A stretch of DNA of 63,318 nucleotides, filler included. It is 7 parts of 7 records of this genome, joined end to end, with 100 filler letters (N's around TTAATTAATTAA, not from the genome) between each part and the next. Parts side by side here need not be neighbours in the genome. Positions count along the whole stretch, not along the records: positions 1 to 10,647 come from SRR20825019_2232; positions 10,748 to 19,524 come from SRR20825019_2234; 5 more parts are not named here. One strand, given 5' to 3'. This document shows positions 1 through 10,756 of this stretch, piece by piece; within the stretch, counting starts at the first letter, position 1; the number at the start of each line of letters is the position of its first letter. A model generated the notes under the pieces. The model was not told the origin of the DNA. It ran no database searches and saw only the letters and a program-made list of their open reading frames with translations. Position numbers and translations under genes: made by a program.

Positions 1-692
1 GCAATCGGGGTCGAACCGACAAAGCTGATCGCGCTGACATCCGGATCAAACAAAAGCGCATCAACCGCTTCCTTGTCGCCCTGCACAACGTTGAAAACGC
101 CGTCGGGAAGACCTGCTTCGCTCAGCCATTCGGCAAGTAGAAGCGACGCCGACGGATCGCGTTCGGATGGTTTCAGGATGAAACAGTTACCGCAGGCAAG
201 GGCGACCGGGAACATCCACATCGGCACCATGGCCGGGAAGTTGAACGGCGTAATACCGGCCACAATGCCAAGCGGCTGACGCACCGAATGGCTGTCAACC
301 TTGGTGCCGACATTTTCGGTGAACTCGCCCTTCAAAAGCTGCGGCGCGCCGGTGGCAAACTCAACAACCTCGATCCCGCGGGTGACCTCGCCCAGCGCAT
401 CCGAAAGCACCTTGCCATGCTCGGCAGTGATCGCGGCGGCCAGTTCTTCGGAACGGCTTTCAAGGATACCAAGAAATTTATTGAGAATACGGGCACGACG
501 CAGCGGCGTGGTGTTGGCCCATTCGGCGGCCACTGCACGTGCGCTTTCCACCGCGGCACGGACATCGGCCTTCGATGCAAGGTCAACCGTCGCACTCTGC
601 TGACCGGTGGCCGGGTTGAACACGGCCGCTGTCCGGCTGGAAGTCCCGGCGACACGTTTGCCGTTAATGTAATGGGTGATCTGGCTGGACAT
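1..692 (-). CDS. mmsA: CoA-acylating methylmalonate-semialdehyde dehydrogenase (MmsA/IolA), 3' end runs off the window; absent from the ORF track
   Basis: Hand translation from ATG at 692 (GGAG RBS upstream): [12 protein letters not shown]...VFNPATG...[23 protein letters not shown]...[35 protein letters not shown]...[10 protein letters not shown], the ALDH6/MMSDH signature. Confidence 0.93.
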   Translation of the reverse strand, partial: MSSQITHYINGKRVAGTSSRTAAVFNPATGQQSATVDLASKADVRAAVESARAVAAEWANTTPLRRARILNKFLGILESRSEELAAAITAEHGKVLSDALGEVTRGIEVVEFATGAPQLLKGEFTENVGTKVDSHSVRQPLGIVAGITPFNFPAMVPMWMFPVALACGNCFILKPSERDPSASLLLAEWLSEAGLPDGVFNVVQGDKEAVDALLFDPDVSAISFVGSTPI

Positions 693-800
693 TCGGCTTC
701 TCCCGATAATCGTGATGATCTTTTGTTGCGGATCATAAGAAGACCGTCCGCAAAGTGGTTTAATTATGGATATGCATATGGATGCACATCAATTATCATT

Positions 801-821
801 ATTGCAAATTCGATGTGCAAT
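801..821. promoter_or_regulatory. Inverted repeat ATTGCA-N9-TGCAAT in the AT-rich divergent mmsA/LysR intergenic region; candidate LysR operator
   Basis: ATTGCA 801-806 and TGCAAT 816-821, with further TGCA half-sites at 773 and 783. LysR regulators usually bind between themselves and a divergent target. Confidence 0.4.
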
Positions 822-839
822 TTTTAAAGTCGATAGATC

Positions 840-1727
840 ATGGATTGGGATCGCATTCGCATCTTTCTGGCCGTCGCACGCCAGGGGCAGATCCTCTCGG
901 CGGCCCGTCAGCTTGGCCTGAACCATGCCACGGTCGGTCGGCAACTGACCGCACTTGAACAGGAACTCGGCACCAAGCTTGTCGAACGGCGCACCACCGG
1001 ATCGGAACTGACAGAGGCAGGAAAGGCATTAATGGGTGCGGCAGAGGCCGCTGAATCCGCATTCCTTAAAGTCGGCACCGCCTTCCCCAGCCGAGCAGAA
1101 GGCATCGCAGGCACCGTGCGCGTTGGCGTGCCCGATGGACTTGGGAACTATTTCCTGGCGCGTGAACTGGCGGGCTTTGCGGCAAAACATCCCGATCTGG
1201 TGATCCAGCTGGTGCCCCTCCCGCGCACCTTTTCGCTGTCCCAACGCGAAGCCGACATCGCCATCACTCTTGATCGCCCCAAACAGGGGCGGCTGGTGAT
1301 CAAAAAGCTCACCGACTACACGCTTAGCGTCTATGCCTCCCAAAGCTACATAAAACAGTATGGTGCCATCCGGTCTGAACGCGACCTGACCGACCGGCTT
1401 TTTGTCACCCATATCGAAGACCTGATTTACAGCCGCGCGCTTGATTACGCCGCCCGCCTTGGCAAACTGATGAAGCGCCGATTTGAATGCGGCAGTGTCG
1501 TGGCCCAGATGGAAGCAGTGCGCAACGGGCATGGCATTGGCATCCTGCATGATTACGCCACCCGTGATGTGGCCGACCTGATCCGTCTGCTGCCCGATAT
1601 CCGCTTTACCCGAAATTACTGGATGCTGCTGCATCCCGATACCAAGGATACCCGCGGGGTCGCCGCCGTCGCCGACCATATCAGCCGGGTCGTCCGCGCC
1701 GCGCGTGATCTTTTCGTCGCCGAATGA
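840..1727 (+). CDS. LysR-family transcriptional regulator
   Basis: 295 aa. N-terminal [47 protein letters not shown]; substrate-binding domain (GTVRVG, READIAI); divergent from mmsA. Confidence 0.95.
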   Translation: MDWDRIRIFLAVARQGQILSAARQLGLNHATVGRQLTALEQELGTKLVERRTTGSELTEAGKALMGAAEAAESAFLKVGTAFPSRAEGIAGTVRVGVPDGLGNYFLARELAGFAAKHPDLVIQLVPLPRTFSLSQREADIAITLDRPKQGRLVIKKLTDYTLSVYASQSYIKQYGAIRSERDLTDRLFVTHIEDLIYSRALDYAARLGKLMKRRFECGSVVAQMEAVRNGHGIGILHDYATRDVADLIRLLPDIRFTRNYWMLLHPDTKDTRGVAAVADHISRVVRAARDLFVAE

Positions 1728-2092
1728 TCAGACGCGAAAATCTGCGAATCTGATCTTCACATATGCACCCAACGGGCTTGCCACGATCAAATCCGGATGA
1801 CATCGCAACACTATACGAACAGAAATAACCCGGTGCAAAATCCCCCCAGGAACAAGAACCATCAAGCTGTTCAGGTATCTAACCGGCATACCTTTGATTG
1901 TATTTTCACAGACTTAACTTGCAATTTTTTACTATGACCACTTGCATTCAGGGCGCGTTCCCGGGCATATTCTTTCGGATATGGTTGGGGATGAGCCATG
2001 TGGTTGGGGGCACACAAAAAGCCTGTTGAACAGGATTTCAAAAACCGCTTGCTGCATGGCGCAATCAACGTTTGAAAGGTCAGACGTTGCAG

Positions 2093-5000
2093 ATGCGCAC
2101 AAACACGTTTGCGCCGGGGACAGAACGGCAGGGAAAACCGCTTACAACGCCGCAGTCGAGCATATGGCTTGACTGGGCCGAGGGCGACGATTGCGCAAAT
2201 TACAATATTTGCAGCGTCATCCGGTTCGAGGGCGATCTTGATATTGCAGCCCTTTACAAGGCCATTGTCCAAACCGATCAGGAAAATGACGCCCTGCGTC
2301 TGCGCTTTGCATCAGAAGGCGGCAAACCGTTTCAGACTTTTGCCGATGACTGCCGCGAAACTGATTTCAGCGTCATCGATTTAAGTTTTACCGATGATCC
2401 GGTTCTGATCGCCAATAACGAAGTCGAAGAAATCCGCCGACGGCCACTTGACCCGGAAAACGGATATCATTGCCGCCATCGCCTGTTGCAACTGGGCACG
2501 GGACGTTACTGGTGGGTTCGGGTTTATCATCATCTGGTCTGTGACGGATATGCCGGGCATTTGATGGCGCAACGCGCGGCGGAAATTTACAGCGCACTTA
2601 AAACCGGTACTGCCGTCCCCGAAAGCACATTCGGGTCCTATGGCGACTTTATCGCTGCTGACGCGACCTATCCCGAAACACCGGCCTATCAACGTGACCT
2701 TGCCTATTGGCAGGAACGCCTGCAAAACGATCACGCGATCACGCGGTTTTCATCGGACAAACCGTCGGGCAAACTGGTTCAGGCCCGGCTGGAACAGACG
2801 CTGGATGGGCACGACCTTGCCAAACTGATCCACACGGCCAAAGCCTGTGGCACATCGCCCACCGCGATTGTCATGGCCGCCTATTTTATCCTGCTGGGTC
2901 AGGTTACCCATATCAAACAACCGACCGTCACAATGCCGCTTCTGAACCGGATGGGGCGGACTGAACGCCAGACACCGGGTGCCTTTTCCTATATCGTACC
3001 CTTCGATGCCGATTTAAGTAAACACACACGTTTTTCGGAACTGGCCCGTGATATCTTTGCCCGGGCACGTCGCGATGTCCGTCATATGCGCCTTGGCGCG
3101 CCGCGCATGCGTGCAGCACGTCTGGGTGCCCGGGGTCTTTCGGGCAATGGTGCCTTTTTCAACAGTCTGGACGGCGCAGAACCCTTATCCTTTGCCGGGC
3201 TGGATACACGCCGGGTCAATATCTATAACGGGCCAGTCACCGATCTTGGCCTGATCTATATGATGCAGGCCATAAGCCCAGACCGGCAGGAAGCCGAAAT
3301 CATCTGGCAATATGACACCGCTTGCCACGACGTTAAATCCGTTACGCGCATCGCCGAACGTTTCCGTTATTTCCTGTCCCGCGCACTGGACGACCCGGAA
3401 CAGGATATCGCGGCCATCGCCGCACCGCCGATGAACGAGCTTGCCATTATCCGCACGCTTGAAACCGGCCCGACATTCACAAGGCCGGCTCCGGTACGGC
3501 TCATTCCCGAACGCATCGATCATGCCATTGCATCGCGCCCCGGCGATGTCGCCCTGATCACCGAAGATGATCACGAAGTCACGTTTGCAACGCTGGGCCA
3601 TATGGCCAATGCCGTCGCCCACCACCTGAAACAATGCGGCATTGCACCGGGCGATTTTGTCGGGATGAACATTTCCCCCAGTGCGCAGCAAACGGCCGCT
3701 GTGATCGGTATCCTGAAATGCGGGGCAACCTGTGTGCAGCTTGATCCGTTGCAACCTATCGCGCGCAATGCGTCGATGACCCGCCATCTTGATTGCCGTC
3801 TGGTTCTGAGTGACAACACCGACACATGGCACAAAATCGGCGACACCTCCATCACGGTAAACGATATCAATGCCGTAACCGGCATTGACGGCAGCATCAC
3901 CTTTGAAAATATCCATGCCGATATTTGTGGCGACGATATTGCCTTTGTCTTCCATACATCGGGTTCGACCGGGCAGCCAAAACCGGTTCCCGTTCATCAC
4001 CAATCCCTTGCCGATAAAATCGACGTCGCCATTGCGCAATTCGGTATCGGATCACATGAAAACGGCAACCCTGAAATAATGGGTCTTTTCCCGTCGCTCG
4101 GATTTGATCCCTGGATGCTGCAATTCTGCGTCGGGCTGATCCGTGGCCATCGCATGTGGCTGATGACCCACGCGATACTCAGTGACGGGCATAAATTCTG
4201 GAACGGTGTGGCACGACATCATGTCACCCACATCATGTCGGTCCCGTCATTTTATGAAAGCGTGATCGATGCCGTTCCGGCAGATGGTGCTTTCAAATTG
4301 CGCCGTCTGATCACGGGCGGCGAAATCATGCAGCCAACACTCGTCCGCAGGCTTTATTCCGCGTTCGAAACCGTCGATATCTGGAACTGCTATGGCCCGA
4401 CCGAGGCGACAATTCATGCCGCCGTGTATCTGATACCAAGGGCCCCCCAAACCAAAAGCATCCCGCTCGGCCGCATCGACAAGGGTGGCTTTGTCCGGAT
4501 ACTTGACGAAGACGGAAAACGGGTACCGCTTGGCGTCCCGGGCGAGATTTACCTTGGCGGCGCAGGACTTAACCGCGGCTATATCAATATGCCTGACGTG
4601 ACGGAGGAAAAATTCGTCACGGATCCGACGGGCGAGACCGATGAAACCTTTTATCGCACTGGTGATCTGGTTTCCTGGGGCGAAGACGGGTTGCTTTATT
4701 TTCACGGGCGCACGGACGAACAGGTCAAAATTCGCGGGCAACGCATCGAAATCGGGGAAATCGAATACCAGCTTTCGCGCCTGTCCGGCGTCGGACGGGC
4801 TGCGGTATTGCATGTCAAAACCAAACATGGCGGCGAACTGATCGGTTATCTTCTATCCAACGCAAGCCCGTCGAAACGCCCGGACGCAGCAACCGTGCGC
4901 GCAGAACTGGCGCGCCACCTGTCCGATGCGGCCGTTCCGACCCGCATTGAATGGGTGGAAACGCTACCCCTCTTGCCGTCGGGCAAAATCGACCGCAAGG

Positions 5001-8000
5001 CACTTGCCGAATTCGCCCGAAACCCGGATGGCAAACAGCCTGTTGCATCCAAAGCATCGCCCCCTGCATCCCGTAAACCCGATCAGGCGCGCATCCACCA
5101 ACTGGCCGGTAAAATTGCCAGAATCTGGATGGAGCTGATCGAAACAGACGAAATTGAATTTGACACCAACCTGTTTGAAGCTGGCGCCCATTCATTGCTG
5201 GTACCGCGCGCCCAGTTTGCCCTGTCAAAACTCGCCGGGCGCAACATTGCATCGGTGGAAATATTCCAGCACCCGACCATTAATTCCTTCGCACGTCACC
5301 TTTGTGCGGGTGATCAACATGCCCCCGAAACCGCACAAGCCGAACCGGTAAAGCCCCAACGCAATGTGTCTGAAAATCACGACATTGCGATTATTGGCAT
5401 GGCGATGCGCCTGCCCGGCGCGAATGACCGCGACGCATTCTGGTCGATGCTTGAAAACGGTATCGATCAGATAAAGGACGTCGATATTTCCCGCCTGCGC
5501 GCAATGGGCGGCGATCCGTCGGCGCTCGAAGACGCCGATTTCATCGCCCGCCATGGGATTCTTGACGATCTCGATATGTTCGATCCCGCACCGTTTGCCA
5601 TGACCGCGGGGGAAACCATCGAAACCGATCCGCAACAACGTCTGCTGCTTGAAGTCGCCCTTAGCGCTCTGGAAGACGGATCTTGCGATCCCGCACGTGA
5701 CGGCCCGGTTGGGGCTTATGTCGGCGTCGGTTTCCCGACCTATCTGGTCGACAGCCTGCGTGATCGCCTGCGCGACCGCCCCGATGCGATCCGGTATGGC
5801 ATGACACTCGGCAATGACAAGGATTTTGCCGCAACAAGGCTTGCCTACAAGCTGAACCTGACTGGCCCCGCCATCGCATCCTCGACCGCCTGTTCGACCG
5901 GGCTTGTCAATCTTGCCCTGGCCGTCAATGCGTTGCGATCCGGTCAATGCCGCGTCGCCCTTGCCGGTGGGGCGGCCCTTGGGCTTAGCCCGGCTGGCGG
6001 ATATTATTTCACGCAGGGCGGCATCGGATCACGAAGCGGCGTTTGCCGTCCGTTTGACAGCAAGGCAGACGGCGTTGTCGGCGGCAGCGGTGCGGCCATT
6101 ATTCTTCTGAAACGTCTTGATGATGCCATTGCCGACAGGGACACCATCCATGCGGTGATCAAGGGTGTCGGCATCAACAATGACGGTTCAGCAAAGGCCG
6201 CCTTCACCGCGCCCAGTGTCGATGGTCAGGCAAAGGCCATTCAAACGGCCCTTGACGATGCCCAGATCGATCCCTCGACCATCCGCTTTGTCGAAGGCCA
6301 TGGCACCGCAACCGCGCTTGGCGACCCGATAGAGATCGCCGCACTGAACAAGGTTTATGCAAAAGCCGATACAACGCCAACGCATCCAAAGTGGCTTGGC
6401 TCGGTCAAGGGCAATATTGGCCATCTGGACAGTGCCGCCGGAATGGCCGGGCTGATCAAGGCCGTATTGGCAATCCGCCATCGGGTATTTCCGCCGACCT
6501 GCCATTTCAATCAACCGAATGAAAACCTTGGTCTGGATCAGGGACCATTTCAAATAAACAACACTGCTCAACCATTATCGAATAATGATGATGAACCGCT
6601 GCGCGCGGGCATCAGCAGCTTCGGGGTTGGCGGCACCAATGCGCATGTGATTATCGAAGAAGCCCCCCGTTTCGATGAACCGGCATCACGCCAGACACAA
6701 AACGATATTCCCCGTATCCTGCCCTTCTCGGCGGCAAGCGAACCCGCCTTGCAAAAACTTCTGGAAAACACCGCAAGCTGGCTTGACCGCAACGGATCAG
6801 ACATTGCGATATCCGATGTCGCAAACAGCCTGTCACGGCGTCACGCCTATCGTTTCAGGGCCGCCATCGTTGCCACGAACATCAAGGCTGCGGTTTCAGC
6901 CCTGACCCATCCGAAATCGACCGCCCGCCATCAGGCCGTTGCCCAACGCAATATCCCTCCCATCGCCTTCCTGTTCCCCGGTCAGGGATCGCAACGACCG
7001 GGCATGGCAAAAGGCCTTTATGAAGTGGATCAAACATCGGCAAAGATGATCCGCGATGCCTGCAAGCATGTGGCACAGACGGGCGGCCCCGATGATCTTT
7101 TTGAATTGCTGACCGTTCCCGATGAAAGCCCGGCAACATCAAGCCGCATGGCACGCACCGAAATCGCCCAGCCCGCTCTGTTCATTTATGAATATGCGCT
7201 GGCAAACTGGCTGATCGAAAACGGCATTTTGCCCGCAGCACTGGCCGGGCACAGCATTGGCGAATATGTCGCGGCCTGCATTGGCGGGGTCATGTCCTTT
7301 GAAGATGCGCTTCGCCTTGTGGTGATGCGCGGTCGCCTGATGGGGCAGACCGAACCGGGATCAATGTTTGCCCTGTCCATGACCGAGGCCGAAGTCGGTG
7401 ATCTTCTGTCGGCCTTTGGCCCCGATCTGTCGATGGCTGCAATCAACGGCCCGCGTCAATGCGTGGTGGCGGGCAGCACCGAATGCATTGATGCGCTTGA
7501 AGAATACATCAAATCACAGGGTAAATCCGGTCGTCGGCTTGTGGTCTCCCATGCCTTCCATTCACGGATGATGGAACCGGTTCTGAATGAATTCCGCCAT
7601 GTCGTCGCCAAAATCCGGTTGAACGCGCCAACCCTTCCGATCCAGTCCAACCTGACTGGCAACTGGCTGACACCCGAAGACGCCACCAATCCCGATTACT
7701 GGGTTCAACATCTGCGCAATGCGGTGCGCTTTGCCGATAACATCAAGGGACTTCTGGCCGAAATGCCCGAAACGATCATGGTCGAATGCGGCTTTGGCAA
7801 CACGGCAAGCCGCCTTGCCATTGTTAATGGCACAGCGACCGGCAACAGCATTGCCTTGCAACCTGCCCCCGGCCCCGATGCCGCCCGAAAAACGGATGCC
7901 GCAATCACCGGGTCAAACGCACTGGCCGTTGCGATTTCCCGGCTTTGGGTCATGGGAACATCGCCCGATTGGGATCGGGTAAACCAAACCCGTGATGCCC

Positions 8001-8494
8001 ATCGCATTCCGTTGCCGACCTACGCCTTTGACCGACGCCGCTTCTGGCCGGAGAAGGCAACCACCGTGAACGCCGATCCCAAATCTATCGCCGTTGCCGC
8101 TGCCCCGGTGGAGGCCACATTGCCCCCGGCACGAAACCCGGCACAAAATACGTCCGATGCCCAAACCGAAACACACACGCAATCCGCCATTCTTGCCGTC
8201 TGGCGCGATATGTTTGGCGATCCGGCAATCGGCCCCGATGATGATTTCTTTGAACTTGGCGGGGACTCCTTATTCGCCGTACGGATCGCAACACGGCTTT
8301 CCGAAGTCCTGACTGCCGAAATTCCCACCGCCGTAATGTTCGAAGGCCGCACCGTTTCAGGTGTTGCCAACCTGCTTGCATCCTTTGAGACAAACAGCCC
8401 GCCGACCAATGCCCGATCCGCGCCAACAGCAACGGCAACAGCAAAACCGGCCACAACAGCCCCCCGCCCGTCACGTGAACAGGGAGTTCTGTGA
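2093..8494 (+). CDS. Hybrid NRPS/type I PKS, domains C-A-T-KS-AT-ACP
   Basis: C: HHLVCDG. A: TSGSTGQPK, NCYGPTE, YRTGD, PSGKIDR. T: GAHSL. KS: DPQQR, TACS, EGHGTAT, GNIGHLD, SSFGVGGTNAH. AT: GHSIG, HAFHS. ACP: GGDSL. ATG at 2093 preferred over the track's TTG at 2072. Confidence 0.95.
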   Translation: MRTNTFAPGTERQGKPLTTPQSSIWLDWAEGDDCANYNICSVIRFEGDLDIAALYKAIVQTDQENDALRLRFASEGGKPFQTFADDCRETDFSVIDLSFTDDPVLIANNEVEEIRRRPLDPENGYHCRHRLLQLGTGRYWWVRVYHHLVCDGYAGHLMAQRAAEIYSALKTGTAVPESTFGSYGDFIAADATYPETPAYQRDLAYWQERLQNDHAITRFSSDKPSGKLVQARLEQTLDGHDLAKLIHTAKACGTSPTAIVMAAYFILLGQVTHIKQPTVTMPLLNRMGRTERQTPGAFSYIVPFDADLSKHTRFSELARDIFARARRDVRHMRLGAPRMRAARLGARGLSGNGAFFNSLDGAEPLSFAGLDTRRVNIYNGPVTDLGLIYMMQAISPDRQEAEIIWQYDTACHDVKSVTRIAERFRYFLSRALDDPEQDIAAIAAPPMNELAIIRTLETGPTFTRPAPVRLIPERIDHAIASRPGDVALITEDDHEVTFATLGHMANAVAHHLKQCGIAPGDFVGMNISPSAQQTAAVIGILKCGATCVQLDPLQPIARNASMTRHLDCRLVLSDNTDTWHKIGDTSITVNDINAVTGIDGSITFENIHADICGDDIAFVFHTSGSTGQPKPVPVHHQSLADKIDVAIAQFGIGSHENGNPEIMGLFPSLGFDPWMLQFCVGLIRGHRMWLMTHAILSDGHKFWNGVARHHVTHIMSVPSFYESVIDAVPADGAFKLRRLITGGEIMQPTLVRRLYSAFETVDIWNCYGPTEATIHAAVYLIPRAPQTKSIPLGRIDKGGFVRILDEDGKRVPLGVPGEIYLGGAGLNRGYINMPDVTEEKFVTDPTGETDETFYRTGDLVSWGEDGLLYFHGRTDEQVKIRGQRIEIGEIEYQLSRLSGVGRAAVLHVKTKHGGELIGYLLSNASPSKRPDAATVRAELARHLSDAAVPTRIEWVETLPLLPSGKIDRKALAEFARNPDGKQPVASKASPPASRKPDQARIHQLAGKIARIWMELIETDEIEFDTNLFEAGAHSLLVPRAQFALSKLAGRNIASVEIFQHPTINSFARHLCAGDQHAPETAQAEPVKPQRNVSENHDIAIIGMAMRLPGANDRDAFWSMLENGIDQIKDVDISRLRAMGGDPSALEDADFIARHGILDDLDMFDPAPFAMTAGETIETDPQQRLLLEVALSALEDGSCDPARDGPVGAYVGVGFPTYLVDSLRDRLRDRPDAIRYGMTLGNDKDFAATRLAYKLNLTGPAIASSTACSTGLVNLALAVNALRSGQCRVALAGGAALGLSPAGGYYFTQGGIGSRSGVCRPFDSKADGVVGGSGAAIILLKRLDDAIADRDTIHAVIKGVGINNDGSAKAAFTAPSVDGQAKAIQTALDDAQIDPSTIRFVEGHGTATALGDPIEIAALNKVYAKADTTPTHPKWLGSVKGNIGHLDSAAGMAGLIKAVLAIRHRVFPPTCHFNQPNENLGLDQGPFQINNTAQPLSNNDDEPLRAGISSFGVGGTNAHVIIEEAPRFDEPASRQTQNDIPRILPFSAASEPALQKLLENTASWLDRNGSDIAISDVANSLSRRHAYRFRAAIVATNIKAAVSALTHPKSTARHQAVAQRNIPPIAFLFPGQGSQRPGMAKGLYEVDQTSAKMIRDACKHVAQTGGPDDLFELLTVPDESPATSSRMARTEIAQPALFIYEYALANWLIENGILPAALAGHSIGEYVAACIGGVMSFEDALRLVVMRGRLMGQTEPGSMFALSMTEAEVGDLLSAFGPDLSMAAINGPRQCVVAGSTECIDALEEYIKSQGKSGRRLVVSHAFHSRMMEPVLNEFRHVVAKIRLNAPTLPIQSNLTGNWLTPEDATNPDYWVQHLRNAVRFADNIKGLLAEMPETIMVECGFGNTASRLAIVNGTATGNSIALQPAPGPDAARKTDAAITGSNALAVAISRLWVMGTSPDWDRVNQTRDAHRIPLPTYAFDRRRFWPEKATTVNADPKSIAVAAAPVEATLPPARNPAQNTSDAQTETHTQSAILAVWRDMFGDPAIGPDDDFFELGGDSLFAVRIATRLSEVLTAEIPTAVMFEGRTVSGVANLLASFETNSPPTNARSAPTATATAKPATTAPRPSREQGVL

Positions 8495-10647
8495 TGAATA
8501 CCGATCAGCTGTCACGCCGCACACAAACCGCGCGCAACCTGCTCGACAAACTCCGTCAGCGCGACATTGTGCTAAGCCTGCATGCCAACGGGCACGATCT
8601 TTGTTTTGATGCACCGACCGGTGCATTTGATGATGCCCTGAAATCCGAAACCCGTGACCTGAAGGCCGAAATCCTCAGCTTGCTGCGTGAACCTTCCGAT
8701 GCCGAAAGTCATGACACCAAAGCAGGTCCGATCCTCAAATCCTTCCCGGCCCATCCCGCCATCGAAGGCCAATGGATTGCAAGACGTGACCAACCGGCAA
8801 GTGCCAATTACCATATCGTTACAGGCATCACCCTTCCCAAAGGAACCGGTTTCAATGCGGTCCGCGATGCGATTGCCGCCATCGTCAAACGCCATGATGC
8901 CCTCCGGTCCACCTTTCTCGAACAGGACGGGCAGCTGATCCAGCGCGTGCATGCCGATATGCCGGTCACTGTGCGCAAAATCGACACCACCCGAGAAATC
9001 CGCCACGATCTTTTTGATCTCGCAACGGGTCCTCTGGCCCGGTTTGGCTATATCGAACATGACGACGGAAAAGCCCCGCAACTGGCCATGGCGATCGATC
9101 ATATGTGCTTTGATGGCCAATCGATCATGTTGCTGCAAAAAGAGCTTCTTGCCATCCTTGCCGGAAACACGCCCGGAAACATCCCTGATATCGAAAAACT
9201 TGTGCGCAATGCACATCGCAATCTGGATCGGGAACGCGGCGAAATCGCGCGAAAATTCTGGTCGGCCCGAACCGATAAACTGTTATCTGCCGGTCTGCCT
9301 GACGACCCGGCAGCAGAACGGAATGGCGGCGGCAAACGCCTTCTGATCAAACTGACCGGCAAAGACGCCGAGGCTTTCGCAAAGCTTGCCAGCCATACCC
9401 GCAAAACAACCCAGACTACCCTCTGGGCCGCCCTGACCATCGCTGTGATCGCGCGGCACAAGGAAAACGCCACAGCCGTCATCGGGCTGCCTTTTGCCGG
9501 TCGCAGGGACAAGGAAACCATGCAGTCGATGGGCTGCTTTGTGAATGTCCTGCCCGTCGCGATCAAACCGGATATGGCAGATAATCTTGATACCCTGACC
9601 AGACAGGTCGGGCACGAAGTTCTTTCCATGCTTGACGTGCAGGATTACCCCCTGTCGCGCCTGATGCATGATCTGACACAGGCGGCACAGGGCCCGACCG
9701 GCCTGCCATTCGATGCCGTCCATGTGATGGAATCCAGCGACAGCCCCTTCGTGATCGAAGATCTCGACTTCGGGGCGGGCAAATTCCCCCTGATGGTCGG
9801 CATGATGAAAAACGGCCCGGAAACATCTCTGGCTGTCGAATATCAAAGCCACGTCTTTGGCGAAGCATGGATCGAACGTTTTGCCAAACGTTTCCTGACC
9901 TTTGCGCGTGCGCTTGCCAAAAACCCGGCAATGCCGCTTGGCCTTGTTGATCTGCTGCCTGACGACGAACATGATCACCTGACCGTAGCACTTAACGATA
10001 CCGCATCGGATTACCCGCGCGATTGCGGCCTTGGCGAATTGCTCGCCCGTCAGGTCACCAACCCGGCCAACGCGGATAAAATTGCCCTGCAGGATCGCGA
10101 CCGAAAAATCACCTATCGCACGTTGGGGCAACACGTTTCCGCCGTTTCTGCCGGTCTTGATGCCCTTGATGTTGCCCCCGGGTCGATTGTCGCCCTTGCC
10201 GCTGATCGTACCCTTGATGCGATTATCACCCTTCTTGGTATCGCATGGCATGGTGCGGCCTATCTGCCAATTGACAAATCTCTGCCTGCCGATGCCATTG
10301 CCGCCCTGATGGCAGAATGCGGTGCCCGTACTTTGCTGTGTGACAACGCCGAATTTGAACGCCTGTCGGGCCTGTCTGATCGCGTTCGTATTGCGCAACT
10401 GCCCGACGCCAACGCAACATCGGATGCGACCTTCGCCAAACGTACGGGCGATGATCTGGCCTATGTCATGTTCACGTCCGGCTCCACCGGTGCGCCCAAG
10501 GGGGTGCTGATCCCCAACCGGGCTGTTGCACGACTGGTGTTGAACAATCGGGCGCTTGCGTTTGATGAAACCGATGTGATGGCACAGGCCGCATCACTTG
10601 GCTTTGATGCCGCAACCCTTGAAATCTGGGCACCGCTTCTGAATGGC
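8494..10647 (+). CDS. NRPS (N-terminal docking domain, C, partial A), truncated at contig end
   Basis: TGATG stop/start overlap with the upstream gene and GGGAG RBS; TubC-type N-terminal docking segment; C motif DHMCFDG; A motifs AAYLPID, YVMFTSGSTGAPKGV, FDAATLEIW. Confidence 0.93.
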
Positions 10648-10747
10648 NNNNNNNNNNNNNNNNNNNNNNNNNNNNNNNNNNNNNNNNNNNNTTAATTAAT
10701 TAANNNNNNNNNNNNNNNNNNNNNNNNNNNNNNNNNNNNNNNNNNNN
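10648..10747. other. Artificial contig spacer
   Basis: N44-TTAATTAATTAA-N44 (stops in all frames); composition changes on either side. Confidence 0.99.
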
Positions 10748-10756
10748 ACGGCCGCT

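Noticed and set aside
73-827. Track ORFs 73-279, 288-827, 301-603 and 332-736
   Set aside because: Shadow frames of the real mmsA gene on the - strand, which the track missed because its stop is outside the window.
1-1727. mmsA/LysR as part of the NRPS-PKS cluster (acyl-CoA supply)
   Set aside because: A divergent mmsA-LysR pair is a common stand-alone catabolic unit; only proximity links it to the cluster.
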